64,000 bases of DNA. Source: a virus. The first letter of the stretch is position 1. Each line of letters begins with the position of its first letter. The notes beneath the pieces were generated by a model that saw only the letters and a program-made list of their open reading frames with translations, was not told where the DNA came from and did no database searches. The translations under genes were made by a program, and so were the position numbers. Below, one piece after another: positions 26,901 to 36,236 of this stretch. The stretch lies in the IMG/VR virus record IMGVR_UViG_3300035698_017294, positions 32,001 to 96,000 of that record, one strand, 5' to 3'.

Positions 26901-27714
26901 TGATTACATCCTTTATTTTGTCCCACTTATTGTCGAAGTTATCGAAGCATGCGTGGAATGTGTTTTCTTTGTTTTGGCCCCAAGACCACTGATCAGAAAT
27001 ACCTGTATCAAACCCATGCCGCTTTTCAGTTTCTGCGTCGTATAGCAGAATTTGCGGCTTGTCCATATGCCAAGCAAGTGCATTGATAGCGCTATGTGAG
27101 CACACTACACCGCAAGCCCCTTCTATGAGAGATGCTGTTTCTGGCACCGTAAGCTTATCTATTAGATTGTGCACTCGAGGGTATTGGCAAAACTCTTGCT
27201 CTATGCGCTCGGCTTTATGCCCATCAATGCTTGTATAGTTTTTACCAACTATAACACAGTGATAATCTGTGGTGTCTAGTATGTGGTCAATTATTTTGGT
27301 GGTTATTGAAATAGGAATGTGTCGTTTTGTATCAGTGCCTGTAGTTGAAAAGACGACATACTTCTTGTTACCAAGAAATCCGAAATCCGTTGGGCCTGGC
27401 ACATACCAAATAATAGGTCTGCGGAGGCTAGCGGGTAGATAGGAGAGCCGCTTCCACGGAATTCCTGCCTTGTCCCAAGCTGCTGCAATATCTTCTTGTT
27501 TTTGAAAGCCGACATTGACTACGGTAAGCTGGTCTCTTTTAGGATGCCATTCAAATATTTCTTTTGCCGATGGGTTGTGGCACATGAGGGCGACATAGAC
27601 GTGCACATTAGGTTCTAAGTGGGCGAGGTTGCAGTATTGGGTACCACTATACATGTTATTGATCATGTCGCCTAGGCCGCCGCCCCAGGCTATCATATGT
27701 TCTCTCTTTTCCAT
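26890..27714 (-). CDS. GT9 (heptosyltransferase)-like glycosyltransferase
   Basis: GGGLGDM, NLIDKLTV.ET..LI..A.GVV.SHSA..LA. Confidence 0.75.
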   Translation of the reverse strand: MEKREHMIAWGGGLGDMINNMYSGTQYCNLAHLEPNVHVYVALMCHNPSAKEIFEWHPKRDQLTVVNVGFQKQEDIAAAWDKAGIPWKRLSYLPASLRRPIIWYVPGPTDFGFLGNKKYVVFSTTGTDTKRHIPISITTKIIDHILDTTDYHCVIVGKNYTSIDGHKAERIEQEFCQYPRVHNLIDKLTVPETASLIEGACGVVCSHSAINALAWHMDKPQILLYDAETEKRHGFDTGISDQWSWGQNKENTFHACFDNFDNKWDKIKDVINDY

Positions 27715-27731
27715 AAACTTAGTATAGCGAA

Positions 27732-27929
27732 TTACTCAACTTTGTCAAGTACTTTAACCTCGACAAGTTCAAAACTCGCTTCTCCTATCATTATGTTTTT
27801 TGGTAAGATAGACCTTAACCTCTTAGGGTTGGGATTCTCGCAAGTGTAGATATATTTATCCAACCAAGTTCGGGGATCGTTGTGGTCGAATTCAGGACTA
27901 ATGTTTCTGTATATTACTTCACACTTCAT
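27732..27929 (-). CDS. Hypothetical protein
   Basis: Short ORF overlapping the thyX stop. Confidence 0.5.
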   Translation of the reverse strand: MKCEVIYRNISPEFDHNDPRTWLDKYIYTCENPNPKRLRSILPKNIMIGEASFELVEVKVLDKVE

Positions 27930-28549
27930 TGGTCACTCCTCGTGAATAAACATTGTAGATCTTCTGGTATCACGTCATACATCATGTTAGCAAGGAGATA
28001 AAAAGGGGTAAATACAGTAGGGACAAGTCGCAGATCAAAGAGATGTTGCAAGCTAACCATGTTGAACTGATATAGGCCCGTAGTGAGCCAGCTTTCGGGG
28101 AGCGCATGTTTTAATTCCTCAATTTTTTCTTTTTTACTTAACTTATCCATGAGTACTATACGTCTTACTTTACTAGCAAATTCGCTAGCTAGATCGTCAA
28201 TAAATACTGATGGATAGAGATTTTGTTTCACGATATCTCGTACTTCAAAGAAAGGCCTCTTACCCTCTTCCAATAATCTACCAAATGTATATCTGGTGGA
28301 CTTAACTGAAGGTGACACAGCAATTCTATGTCGCGATATCTCTTGTAATACATTTCGCGGAAAGTCGATTAACCTAAAAGTCAGATGCCACTTTTCTCCT
28401 ACACTAGTATGATGATACTGGTGTACTACTTTTTTAATATACTCAATATCTACATTATCTGGATCTATTTTATATTCTAAATTGTAACACGTACGCGCTG
28501 ACTCCTCTACCAGAGCCAGCCCAGAGTGTTCTCGTAATACAACTTTCAT
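27926..28549 (-). CDS. thyX: FAD-dependent thymidylate synthase
   Basis: ARTCY, HTSVGE, R..LQEISRHR..S.SVKSTRY (ThyX motif), LPES. Confidence 0.9.
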   Translation of the reverse strand: MKVVLREHSGLALVEESARTCYNLEYKIDPDNVDIEYIKKVVHQYHHTSVGEKWHLTFRLIDFPRNVLQEISRHRIAVSPSVKSTRYTFGRLLEEGKRPFFEVRDIVKQNLYPSVFIDDLASEFASKVRRIVLMDKLSKKEKIEELKHALPESWLTTGLYQFNMVSLQHLFDLRLVPTVFTPFYLLANMMYDVIPEDLQCLFTRSDQ

Positions 28550-28770
28550 TTAGCTTTTCCAACGTTTATGTTTCTAGGCTGAGGGCGATTTAGGTCACGC
28601 TGTAGCACAAGTTTTAATCGTTGCCCTGTCTCACGAAAGGCGCGGAACTTATAAGGCTCCTGACCAGATTGAGTTTCGTTGTGACTACGCATACCGGCAA
28701 TCAACTCATCAGTTTTCTTTAAGAAGGTTACAGCCAATGCACGCATGGCGTTGATTTTACTTAGCTCCAT
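28546..28770 (-). CDS. Hypothetical protein
   Basis: ORF, operon packing. Confidence 0.55.
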   Translation of the reverse strand: MELSKINAMRALAVTFLKKTDELIAGMRSHNETQSGQEPYKFRAFRETGQRLKLVLQRDLNRPQPRNINVGKAK

Positions 28771-29083
28771 TTACATCTCCGGTACCGTTAGGATTAGGAT
28801 TGAACTGTATCACGTTGCCAGTACTGTTGGGATCAACATCTTGCGGGGCCAAGGTCTTAATAGTATCGTCCTCTGGTGGGGCATCCATCTTTTCTTTTAC
28901 TTGTTCCATGAATTCAGCAAAACCCTCTTCCATCTTGGCCTTGACTTCTTTTTGCTTTTCTTCATCCCATTTGAACTCATCGGTAAGTACGGACATCATA
29001 ACGCCGACTTGGATTTGCAGCATACGAATATCCATTGTTAGATTGGACACCATAGCGGTAAGCTGCATGTTGTTAAACATCAT
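28757..29083 (-). CDS. Hypothetical protein
   Basis: ORF with RBS (AAAGGA). Confidence 0.65.
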   Translation of the reverse strand: MMFNNMQLTAMVSNLTMDIRMLQIQVGVMMSVLTDEFKWDEEKQKEVKAKMEEGFAEFMEQVKEKMDAPPEDDTIKTLAPQDVDPNSTGNVIQFNPNPNGTGDVNGAK

Positions 29084-29129
29084 ATTTTCTTTTCCTTTAT
29101 CTATAATTTGGGTGTATAATAAGCTAAAA

Positions 29130-29204
29130 AGCAGCGGGAGGGATTCGAACCCATCGTCCCCGGCTTTGCAGGCCGGTGCATGAACCAGACTCTACCACCG
29201 CTGC
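29130..29204 (-). tRNA. tRNA-Cys(GCA)
   Basis: Cloverleaf; CCGGC-ctGCAaa-GCCGG; GGTTCGAATCC. Confidence 0.92.
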
Positions 29205-29398
29205 ACTGTGGGTTAATCGTTTTTCTTTTCTTCTTTACTCGAATGCTTGTCGCACAAAGTAACATGGATTACGTCGGAATACTCTCCATAGCCGTCACTT
29301 ACTTTCACTTTACAACCACACTTAGCATCTCGACCATTTACAAATGTAAGTTTTTCCATGTGAACGAATACCTTTCTGTTCCCTATTTCATTTATATA

Positions 29399-29661
29399 TC
29401 AATCTGGGTCAGGCCCAATATCTATTATGGGTATTTCAAATATTTGTGAATACTCTTGATCTGCATGTCTCCAGGATTTTTGGTTACCATCTTTATCACA
29501 TGGTACCTTGCAGGCTCGACTAATACAAAAATTGTGCTTGTCGGCAGTAATAAATTCGCCAAAGTGTCCAGAAACTCCTACCGGTAAATCGTCTGGAATA
29601 CTCTCTAATAGCTTTTTTAAATCTCTTACGGTAAAATATTTTGGATAGGTTTTTTTGGCAT
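29399..29661 (-). pseudogene. Small hypothetical ORF frameshifted in an A7 run near its start
   Basis: GGAGAG RBS + ATGCC(A7). One extra A gives MPKKTYPKYFTVRDLKKLLESIPDDLPV... Confidence 0.45.
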
Positions 29662-29680
29662 AATCTCTCCTTTAATTAAG

Positions 29681-29755
29681 GGCCCCCGACCGGATTTGAA
29701 CCGGCAAAAATCCTGGGCCACGGCCAGGCGCTTTAACCTATTAAGCTTCGAGGGC
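29681..29755 (-). tRNA. tRNA-His(GUG)
   Basis: CCTGG-ccGTGgc-CCAGG; C73; atypical C33. Confidence 0.8.
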
Positions 29756-29757
29756 AG

Positions 29758-29828
29758 TGGGAAATAAGGGTAACGATCCCCTGTTTAATGGATGTAAGCC
29801 ATTTGTTCTACCTTTGAACTAATTTCCC
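29758..29828 (-). tRNA. tRNA-Val(UAC), divergent T-loop
   Basis: AATGG-ctTACat-CCATT; acceptor GGGAAAT/ATTTCCC. Confidence 0.75.
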
Positions 29829-30436
29829 TGGTAATAATTTTTCATATGAAAGTATCTAATCGAGTTGTGATTTAAAGACCCATAGTTTTCTGTGAGTGAG
29901 TGGCAGTTTGGGCAAATGTATTCTAAGTTTTCTTCCTTATTATTTAGGCAATTACCATCAATGTGGTTTATGTGTAAGGGGATCTTATGGGTTTTAGGGT
30001 TTATTTTAGACCAACCGCATTTTTCACATTTTCCATTACTACGTTTTCGCAGATAGGCGCGTATATGTTCTGAAATCCCAAACTTGCCTTTGATTCCAGT
30101 TACTGTACCTGCTTTCCATTTTTTGATATAAGTTTTGTACCTATATTCGAGATCACATGTTTGGCAACAATATTTTCGTTGGTTCCCAGTTAGTAGTTTA
30201 TTGCAATTTAAACACTGGTGTAGCTTTACTGCTCGACATTCTGTGCATCTTGTTTTATGGTTGGCTCTTATATTAGCCTCGAATGTTTTGTTACAGGTTG
30301 GGCAGGTACTCGTCTTTGTGCGAATATCATTTTTCGGATTGAATTTGCGGCGAGAATTGTTATATTTAGCTGCGCATGCACTACAGCAAAACTTTTTATT
30401 ATATGTTGAACGTCCACAGCGTTTACATTTATTCAT
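29819..30436 (-). CDS. Free-standing HNH homing endonuclease with Zn-finger repeats
   Basis: CxxC..FCC repeats; CEKCGW..LHINHIDGN..NN..ENL..ICPNCHS; lies inside the tRNA array. Confidence 0.88.
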   Translation of the reverse strand: MNKCKRCGRSTYNKKFCCSACAAKYNNSRRKFNPKNDIRTKTSTCPTCNKTFEANIRANHKTRCTECRAVKLHQCLNCNKLLTGNQRKYCCQTCDLEYRYKTYIKKWKAGTVTGIKGKFGISEHIRAYLRKRSNGKCEKCGWSKINPKTHKIPLHINHIDGNCLNNKEENLEYICPNCHSLTENYGSLNHNSIRYFHMKNYYQGN

Positions 30437-30513
30437 TTCGAACCTTATTAACTTTATTATAAATATACGAAATATCCAAGTAAAGTCAATAGGTTCGAAA
30501 TGAAATAATAAAG

Positions 30514-30589
30514 CATGACCCAAGGGCATTGAACCCTCCACATGACAGGTTTCACGCCTGCCATCGCCGACCCAGGAACATGGGGCCAT
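30514..30589 (-). tRNA. Atypical tRNA-like gene (anticodon loop CGTGAAA; identity uncertain)
   Basis: Acceptor ATGGCCC/GGGTCAT, 7-bp anticodon stem, T-arm GAGGG-TTCAATG-CCCTT. Confidence 0.5.
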
Positions 30590-30666
30590 ATGAAAAACCG
30601 TAGAGCCGTTATACGTACAATGAGGGCAGACCCGTAGGCCCACCCGTGGGGTTTGCGCCCACTACT

Positions 30667-30918
30667 CTACGGTTTAATTCGATATTGTGTGTCACGGTAC
30701 CTCTTCCAGTTGCGGAACGGTACGCGTACTCTTGAAAAGTTGCATCCCCACACAGAGCGGGTTTTAGAATCATAGTGAGATACATCTTTACAAACAATGT
30801 CGCAAGCTTCTTGAAAACTATCTGCCAGCGCACAGCCTTCGTAGTGGGCACATGCCTCATTACCAGTTGCAATGTAACCTTCTGACCAAACTGCATAGTG
30901 TCTTTTTTCGTCACTCAT
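30667..30918 (-). CDS. Hypothetical phage protein
   Basis: VWSEGY.ATG..A..SFQEAC..WGC pattern. Confidence 0.55.
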   Translation of the reverse strand: MSDEKRHYAVWSEGYIATGNEACAHYEGCALADSFQEACDIVCKDVSHYDSKTRSVWGCNFSRVRVPFRNWKRYRDTQYRIKP

Positions 30919-31430
30919 AATTTATCTCCGTTGTTGGGCCTTTCGGACATTATAACTGTTAACTCTTCAAGACTTATAGGACTGTAGTCGTTATTATCGA
31001 CTCCGACGTCCCACGATTTTCCAATCGGCGGTAAACTAGAATGGCTATGTCCGTAGATGTGCCACGAATTCCTATGTGATTGATTCCATACGCGCATGGC
31101 ATAGTGACACATCGTAAGTCTCACTCGGCTATCAAGTTGAATTTCAACCAGTGGTGATACAAATTTAAACAGGTGTTTAACGTTTAGTGCAGGTTTATCA
31201 TGGTTCCCTGAAATAAGAACTATGTCACCGTTCAATTGGTGAATAAATGGGGCAGCCGGACTAAAAGAAAAGTCACCGAGGTGGTATACTAAATCCCCAT
31301 GCTTAACTTTCTTATTCCAGTTTTCGACTAGAGATTTGTTCATGTGGTGTGCGTTATCAAAGGGTCGCTGGCAAAATTTAATAATATTGGCATGACCGAA
31401 GTGTGTATCGGCTGTGAAAAATAGATTCAT
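30915..31430 (-). CDS. Calcineurin-like metallophosphoesterase
   Basis: TADTHFGH, YHLGDF, GNHD, HYAM, YGHSH, DVGVD. Confidence 0.92.
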   Translation of the reverse strand: MNLFFTADTHFGHANIIKFCQRPFDNAHHMNKSLVENWNKKVKHGDLVYHLGDFSFSPAAPFIHQLNGDIVLISGNHDKPALNVKHLFKFVSPLVEIQLDSRVRLTMCHYAMRVWNQSHRNSWHIYGHSHSSLPPIGKSWDVGVDNNDYSPISLEELTVIMSERPNNGDKL

Positions 31431-31810
31431 TTTGCTATTACACATTTCTGCCAAGCGAATGGGAAGTCGGTTACTCTGGCCGCACCGAGGTTATCAGCTA
31501 GAATTTCTAACATCCATTGCCGTCCTTTTGGGTTTATGCTATGTAGGACCACAACACCGGGGAATATAATTGGGCCTAACTCTTCTGCTATATACCTAGC
31601 TACATCACTACCAGTTCCTGCGGCTCCCGCTTCTAGCATTTCTTGCCCGCCCAGATCGTGATCTAAAAAGACGACATCAAATTTTGGGTTTAGTTTTAAT
31701 AGTTCAATTGCTCTATCTGCTGTACGTACGAAGTGGATATTCTCTGGAAAGTAATTATCTACGAATTGAGCTATTCTTTCTGCGTTGTCTTCTAAAATTA
31801 ATATTCTCAT
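31427..31810 (-). CDS. Cyclic-phosphate-processing receiver-domain protein
   Basis: LILEDN..R, FLDHDLG, TG.DVA, VLHS.NP.G..M. Confidence 0.8.
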   Translation of the reverse strand: MRILILEDNAERIAQFVDNYFPENIHFVRTADRAIELLKLNPKFDVVFLDHDLGGQEMLEAGAAGTGSDVARYIAEELGPIIFPGVVVLHSINPKGRQWMLEILADNLGAARVTDFPFAWQKCVIAK

Positions 31811-31837
31811 TTTTCCCCTTTTAACTTAAATAAAAAA

Positions 31838-31909
31838 AGCACCCGGAGAGACTCGAACTCTCGTCACCTGGGTGGAAGCCAGGGTCCTTAACCGCTAGGA
31901 TACGGGTGC
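31838..31909 (-). tRNA. tRNA-Gly(UCC)
   Basis: CCTGG-ctTCCac-CCAGG; U73. Confidence 0.92.
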
Positions 31910-31918
31910 ATTAGCTGT

Positions 31919-32530
31919 TTAATAATCAGTTACTATCCAGTAAGTGCCGTCGCTAAAATCAAATGTAGCTTCGTGACACTCATCGAGATTCATATTGTCT
32001 GTAAGTATCTCCAGCGAGTCACGCTTTATCAGGCGGAATCTAGAGGTATGTTGGTCGCTTTTAATTTTATCTCGTGCTCGCATTAGGGCTAAGCCTAATC
32101 TGTTTTGTCCGCGCCATTTAGACTCGTCAAGGCGTCGGCCATCGCCAATACCTAATCCAATTCCCCACCGCTTATCTGATGGACTGCACTCTACTAGGAC
32201 ACTATCCCCAGTACGCATCAGTTCGCTGCATGCGTTTGGGTTGCCGCGGAATTTGGATAGCACTGAGTAATACATTATATCATCGGCTATCTTATCCCAA
32301 GCGGTGTCGGAATAACTTGCTATTGTGCGTCCAAAGGCTTTCGCTTCCGCAGGTGTTTTGGCTTTTAAAATGGCTTCGGCTGTAGCCGTGTCCCAAAAAG
32401 ACAGGGCCTTGTACCACATAAAACAATGCTCACTCGTTAGAAACATTGTATTGGTGTGAAAGAACGGTGCGCGGTGAAAGTTACTGAAAGGTGATATAGA
32501 ATTATAAAAAAACGTGTACTTTGGTTCCAT
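31919..32530 (-). CDS. NADAR (YbiA) family N-glycosidase
   Basis: PFSNFH, TSEH.FM..KA, P.EAK.FGR, LVECSPSDKRWGIG, WRGQNRLG.ALM..R. Confidence 0.92.
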   Translation of the reverse strand: MEPKYTFFYNSISPFSNFHRAPFFHTNTMFLTSEHCFMWYKALSFWDTATAEAILKAKTPAEAKAFGRTIASYSDTAWDKIADDIMYYSVLSKFRGNPNACSELMRTGDSVLVECSPSDKRWGIGLGIGDGRRLDESKWRGQNRLGLALMRARDKIKSDQHTSRFRLIKRDSLEILTDNMNLDECHEATFDFSDGTYWIVTDY

Positions 32531-32562
32531 GGCATGACTCCTTAAGATTAGCAAATACGTAA

Positions 32563-32636
32563 CGGGACTGGCGGGATTCGAACCCGCGATCACCAACGTG
32601 ACAGGCTGGCGTCCTAGACCGCTAGACTACAGCCCC
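32563..32636 (-). tRNA. tRNA-Asp(GUC)
   Basis: CCAGC-ctGTCac-GTTGG. Confidence 0.93.
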
Positions 32637-32639
32637 AAG

Positions 32640-32713
32640 TGGGGCAAGGAGGACTTGAACCTCCGACCTTTCGGTTATCAGCCGAATGCTCTAACCTACT
32701 GAGCTACTGCTCC
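32640..32713 (-). tRNA. tRNA-Ile(GAU)
   Basis: TTCGG-ctGATaa-CCGAA. Confidence 0.93.
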
Positions 32714-33337
32714 TTTTTTTGCTTTTTTAATCTTATCGTGTTCTTTGTGAATGAGTTTAAGAATGAACTTCACATCCGCTAGCATACGCCTAATGATTGG
32801 CATAGCACCAATTACGGCATCTAAATTAATCTTTAGGGTTGTAGAACAGTCCGCTATAAATATCATGTTTCTGTTATGATCGTAAACAATCGTACCAGAG
32901 CCATCCCGGTGGTCTATATTCAAGAAAGACGAAAATGATTTTCCAGCGATTACATGTTCAAAGGCCTTTTGTATTCTATCCATTTTGTGATACGTACGAG
33001 CTAGTCTATCGCCATCGTCAGGCTTATTTGTTGTAAAGAAAGGTACATCAAGACTAATACTTTCCTTTTCGCCAATTGCAAATCCGCCCTTTGGCGCGTC
33101 GATATTGAACATATAAAAGTTCAATGCACCATCGCCTTTGAGCCACGGGTTTTTAGTCCACCTACTCTCACCGGTATCTGTATAACCGTGTGTATGGGTG
33201 TGGCTCGTAAGCGTTATTTCTGATTCCATCATTAAGATCATGGTTTGTGGACCTGTTGTTTGGTCCTTGGATGTAACCATACCATGTGCCCTGCGCACTC
33301 TATACGTTTTTCTTTTTTTATCAGGATCCTTCATCAT
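32696..33337 (-). CDS. Hypothetical protein (start uncertain)
   Basis: ORF whose 3' end overlaps the tRNA-Ile 5' end. Confidence 0.55.
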   Translation of the reverse strand: MMKDPDKKRKTYRVRRAHGMVTSKDQTTGPQTMILMMESEITLTSHTHTHGYTDTGESRWTKNPWLKGDGALNFYMFNIDAPKGGFAIGEKESISLDVPFFTTNKPDDGDRLARTYHKMDRIQKAFEHVIAGKSFSSFLNIDHRDGSGTIVYDHNRNMIFIADCSTTLKINLDAVIGAMPIIRRMLADVKFILKLIHKEHDKIKKAKKGAVAQ

Positions 33338-33779
33338 CGTCCTTTAGTAATATCGCCCTTGCAATTTCGTACTTAGTTCTTAATCGTTTCTGCATACTCG
33401 GTGGCAGTTTTTTCATTCTGTATTCTGATGTATTATCCACTATATCTGCATATAGTTTCACATCAAATGCTATGAAGTTTGATTTTACCCTATGCATATA
33501 ATTAGCATACGGTTCGTCTTTACGCTTTGTTATAGCTACAACGCTGTCTATAATAAATTTTGGCATGCCTATATTCATAAGATCTGCTGCGGTAGCATCT
33601 GTTTCCTCTAGAACATCATGTAGTACCCCTACTACCATGTGATCAAGTCCGTAGTCAACCATCATGGCCATTACGCGCATTACGTGTGATACGTAAAGAA
33701 AGCCGGACTTATCTGGAGTGGTGCCGTGCTTCTCAAATGCAAAGTTAATAGCTGTAATTAGTAAAGAAATGTCGACCAT
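33321..33779 (-). CDS. Small HD hydrolase (SpoT/Mesh1-like alarmone-hydrolase family)
   Basis: A.EKH...DKSG..Y..H..RV, VLHDVLEET, V.AITK, VKLYADIVDN. Confidence 0.8.
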   Translation of the reverse strand: MVDISLLITAINFAFEKHGTTPDKSGFLYVSHVMRVMAMMVDYGLDHMVVGVLHDVLEETDATAADLMNIGMPKFIIDSVVAITKRKDEPYANYMHRVKSNFIAFDVKLYADIVDNTSEYRMKKLPPSMQKRLRTKYEIARAILLKDDDEGS

Positions 33780-33863
33780 ATTAACCTCCTTAGTGCGTTA
33801 AACAAAAGATTATAACGCCATGTATAATCTACTTATCTTATACCATAGAATATGAAAAAAGAA

Positions 33864-33935
33864 AGCCAGCGACAGGAATCGAACCCGCAGAAGAGCCTTA
33901 CAAGGGCTCGGCTTTACCTACTGAGCTACACTGGC
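33864..33935 (-). tRNA. tRNA-Thr(UGU)
   Basis: GAGCC-ctTGTaa-GGCTC. Confidence 0.88.
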
Positions 33936-33940
33936 GTGTG

Positions 33941-34234
33941 TCACAAGGTCATTAAGAACTCGTGCGATCGTTCTATTTGTGATTCAACGCAGCCTTTTAT
34001 GTATTCAGGATCTAGTACGAAATCCCTGCCAGGCCCACCGTAATACGTTACGTTCATGGTAAAATTTCTAGTCTGGGCAGAAAAGTTATGCATTAGCACT
34101 CGTTTCAGCTTTATCTTTCTATGCCTAACCACATCTGTAATTTCAGCGACCTGATAAATGTTGGCGGCATTTCCAGCAGTCGTAAAATCTCCTACTTCTA
34201 TAGTTTTCTGTATCCAACCCTTTTGCATATTCAC
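33941..34234 (-). CDS. Hypothetical protein
   Basis: ORF between tRNAs. Confidence 0.55.
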   Translation of the reverse strand: MNMQKGWIQKTIEVGDFTTAGNAANIYQVAEITDVVRHRKIKLKRVLMHNFSAQTRNFTMNVTYYGGPGRDFVLDPEYIKGCVESQIERSHEFLMTL

Positions 34235-34274
34235 TCTTTATCCTTTTTATCGTTATCGGCCCAGTCTGTCTTAA

Positions 34275-34346
34275 TACCCCCACAGGGATTCGAACCCCAG
34301 TTTCTCGGTTCGTAGCCACGCGTCCTATCCGTTAGACGATGAGGGC
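34275..34346 (-). tRNA. tRNA-Arg(ACG)
   Basis: Loop ctACGaa; D and T arms canonical; anticodon stem partly mismatched. Confidence 0.82.
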
Positions 34347-34366
34347 GGGAAGGCATTTGCATGCCT

Positions 34367-35518
34367 TTAGTCTTTATTCTCTGCCTTTTCTTTTTTATCC
34401 CACCACATTAAGTATTTTGATGACTTCGCTTTAAATCCTACGGACTGGTCTAACTCGGATCTCCATACAAATCCCTCGCGCATAACGTTTGGGTTAAGGT
34501 AAGACATGGTATTACTTTCAACGTTTTTACCATCTGCCTCATCGAGGACTTCTTCTACGGTATCGTATAGCTTGCAGCCGGTATGAAACAATGGAACCAT
34601 TTCGAATCCATTTTCAATGCAGTACCAGTCGAGGTCTTCGTAGTTTAGGTACGCGCCGGTAGTTAAATTTTTAACCGAGTAAACATATAACTTTATAGCG
34701 GGCAGTTCGTAGATGTTCTTTTGGATTCCTGGGCCTACTAATTCGCCCTGTACTGCTATTGCTGGGTATTTTTTTGAATTGGCTTTTAACTTTTCCTCAA
34801 TACGATTCTCTAAAGCATATCTCCACCACGTAGAACCGTCAGGTTTTGGACGTTGGAAGTTGTGCGAGTATACACGGAACTTCGGCCTTTTACCTTTTGC
34901 GCGGTACTCATAAGTAGCTGCTTGTCCCTCAAGTTTTTCTGTCTTGTAGAATCGGTGATCGGGGTAACACTTCTGAATGTGAGCAAATGCTGCCTGAACA
35001 TTAGTCTCGTCTGATTTGCTAATGTCTTCGGGATACAGGTTCTTCCTATTAGGATTACCCTTCATCCAGAAGTATAGTTTACGAAACCACTCTTTCTTAA
35101 GCATGTACTTTAACCATGCTGGCCGTTTTTGCGGCTTTAGCATTTCAGCCAAATATTCGGGATCGTACTTGCGTACTTCTAGTGTGTCAGTTACATCCAC
35201 ACCTTCTTTTACTTTTACCTTTTTAGGTAAAATAGGGGTTGAGAATACAATGCCCTGACTGAACACTCCTGCCATTTTCATGTTACGGATACGGAATCCG
35301 TTCCATTTTGGGGAGAAGCAGTTGCTACGTAAAAATTCAAATTCTTGTTTGATTGGTAGCAGTGTATCATATTCACAGTAGACTGCAAGATCGCCTACTT
35401 GAAATTCCCCTTTTCCGACAATTACCTTCCACCCAAGGATAGATGCTAGCTCTATTCTATCCTTATTGGCGATTGGTTCCAATGCCGTTATCTTCTGTAT
35501 CGTAGCTAATTTTCGCAT
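34367..35518 (-). CDS. ATP-dependent RNA ligase, DRB0094 family (N-terminal OB fold + Rnl2-like)
   Basis: MRKLATIQKI..I..KDRIE, SQG, KSDE, TEKLEG (motif I), QGELVGPGIQKN, REGFV, FKAKS..YL. Confidence 0.9.
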   Translation of the reverse strand: MRKLATIQKITALEPIANKDRIELASILGWKVIVGKGEFQVGDLAVYCEYDTLLPIKQEFEFLRSNCFSPKWNGFRIRNMKMAGVFSQGIVFSTPILPKKVKVKEGVDVTDTLEVRKYDPEYLAEMLKPQKRPAWLKYMLKKEWFRKLYFWMKGNPNRKNLYPEDISKSDETNVQAAFAHIQKCYPDHRFYKTEKLEGQAATYEYRAKGKRPKFRVYSHNFQRPKPDGSTWWRYALENRIEEKLKANSKKYPAIAVQGELVGPGIQKNIYELPAIKLYVYSVKNLTTGAYLNYEDLDWYCIENGFEMVPLFHTGCKLYDTVEEVLDEADGKNVESNTMSYLNPNVMREGFVWRSELDQSVGFKAKSSKYLMWWDKKEKAENKD

Positions 35519-36210
35519 TAGTCTGTTTTCGTCTCTTTCCCTGATTCGTATGGTACTCGTTTGTGATACGAGGAATCTAGCTCTTGCTTTAATACCCTAC
35601 GTATTACGCGAAGCTGTCCAACTCTAAGCTGATCAAGCTGCTCATCGTCGGTTAGTTGTTTTAGCTTATCCTCAATAAGTGCTTCTCGTTCAGCGGGCTT
35701 ATTGAATTTACCAGATAAAAATAAACTACGAGCCGTAGCATCTATAGAATCTGCGATCATTAAGATGCATGCTTCCACGGAGGCTGGCTTGCCGGTTTTA
35801 TATCTAAACCCTTCCGGGTTCTTTTTATCTGATTTTTCAAAGAATGCTGTGAGCATAGTGTCGCCGTGATGCTGTATCGCAATTTGGATTATCTCCAGTG
35901 GAAATCCATTCTGCACAAGCACTAATGCGGTATCGCTAACATGCCTCGTAATTAAATGATATGATTGAGCTGGCGATAGATCATCGTGTATATTGTGCTC
36001 ATCTTGATTTTCCCCGAAGTTTAGCGGGTGTAGCTTTTTACCAGCATCATGATACAATGACGCTATTTCTACTACCACTACCCTGTCTTCAGGTAATATT
36101 TCTTTAGCAATTGCTACTGCTATATCAGCCACTTGCACACTATGCTTAGCCGTTCCTGGCGCCGCTAGTTTGATTTCCTCAAACAGCGGGTGGTCTAAAT
36201 ATTGCTTCAT
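35518..36210 (-). CDS. Stand-alone HDIG phosphohydrolase resembling the PgpH (7TM-HD) catalytic domain
   Basis: APGT..HS..VA, YHDAGK..P..FGENQ..N.HD.LSP..S...I..HV, QHHG.T, FRY..GKP...EA.ILMIADS. Confidence 0.85.
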   Translation of the reverse strand: MKQYLDHPLFEEIKLAAPGTAKHSVQVADIAVAIAKEILPEDRVVVVEIASLYHDAGKKLHPLNFGENQDEHNIHDDLSPAQSYHLITRHVSDTALVLVQNGFPLEIIQIAIQHHGDTMLTAFFEKSDKKNPEGFRYKTGKPASVEACILMIADSIDATARSLFLSGKFNKPAEREALIEDKLKQLTDDEQLDQLRVGQLRVIRRVLKQELDSSYHKRVPYESGKETKTD

Positions 36211-36236
36211 TGGTCTCCTTGATACATGATTTGTTT

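Noticed and set aside
11431-27714. Bacterial chromosomal O-antigen or capsule locus
   Set aside because: No wzx/wzy/wzm or priming transferase; the cluster is continuous and co-directional with phage-type recU, dut and thyX genes.
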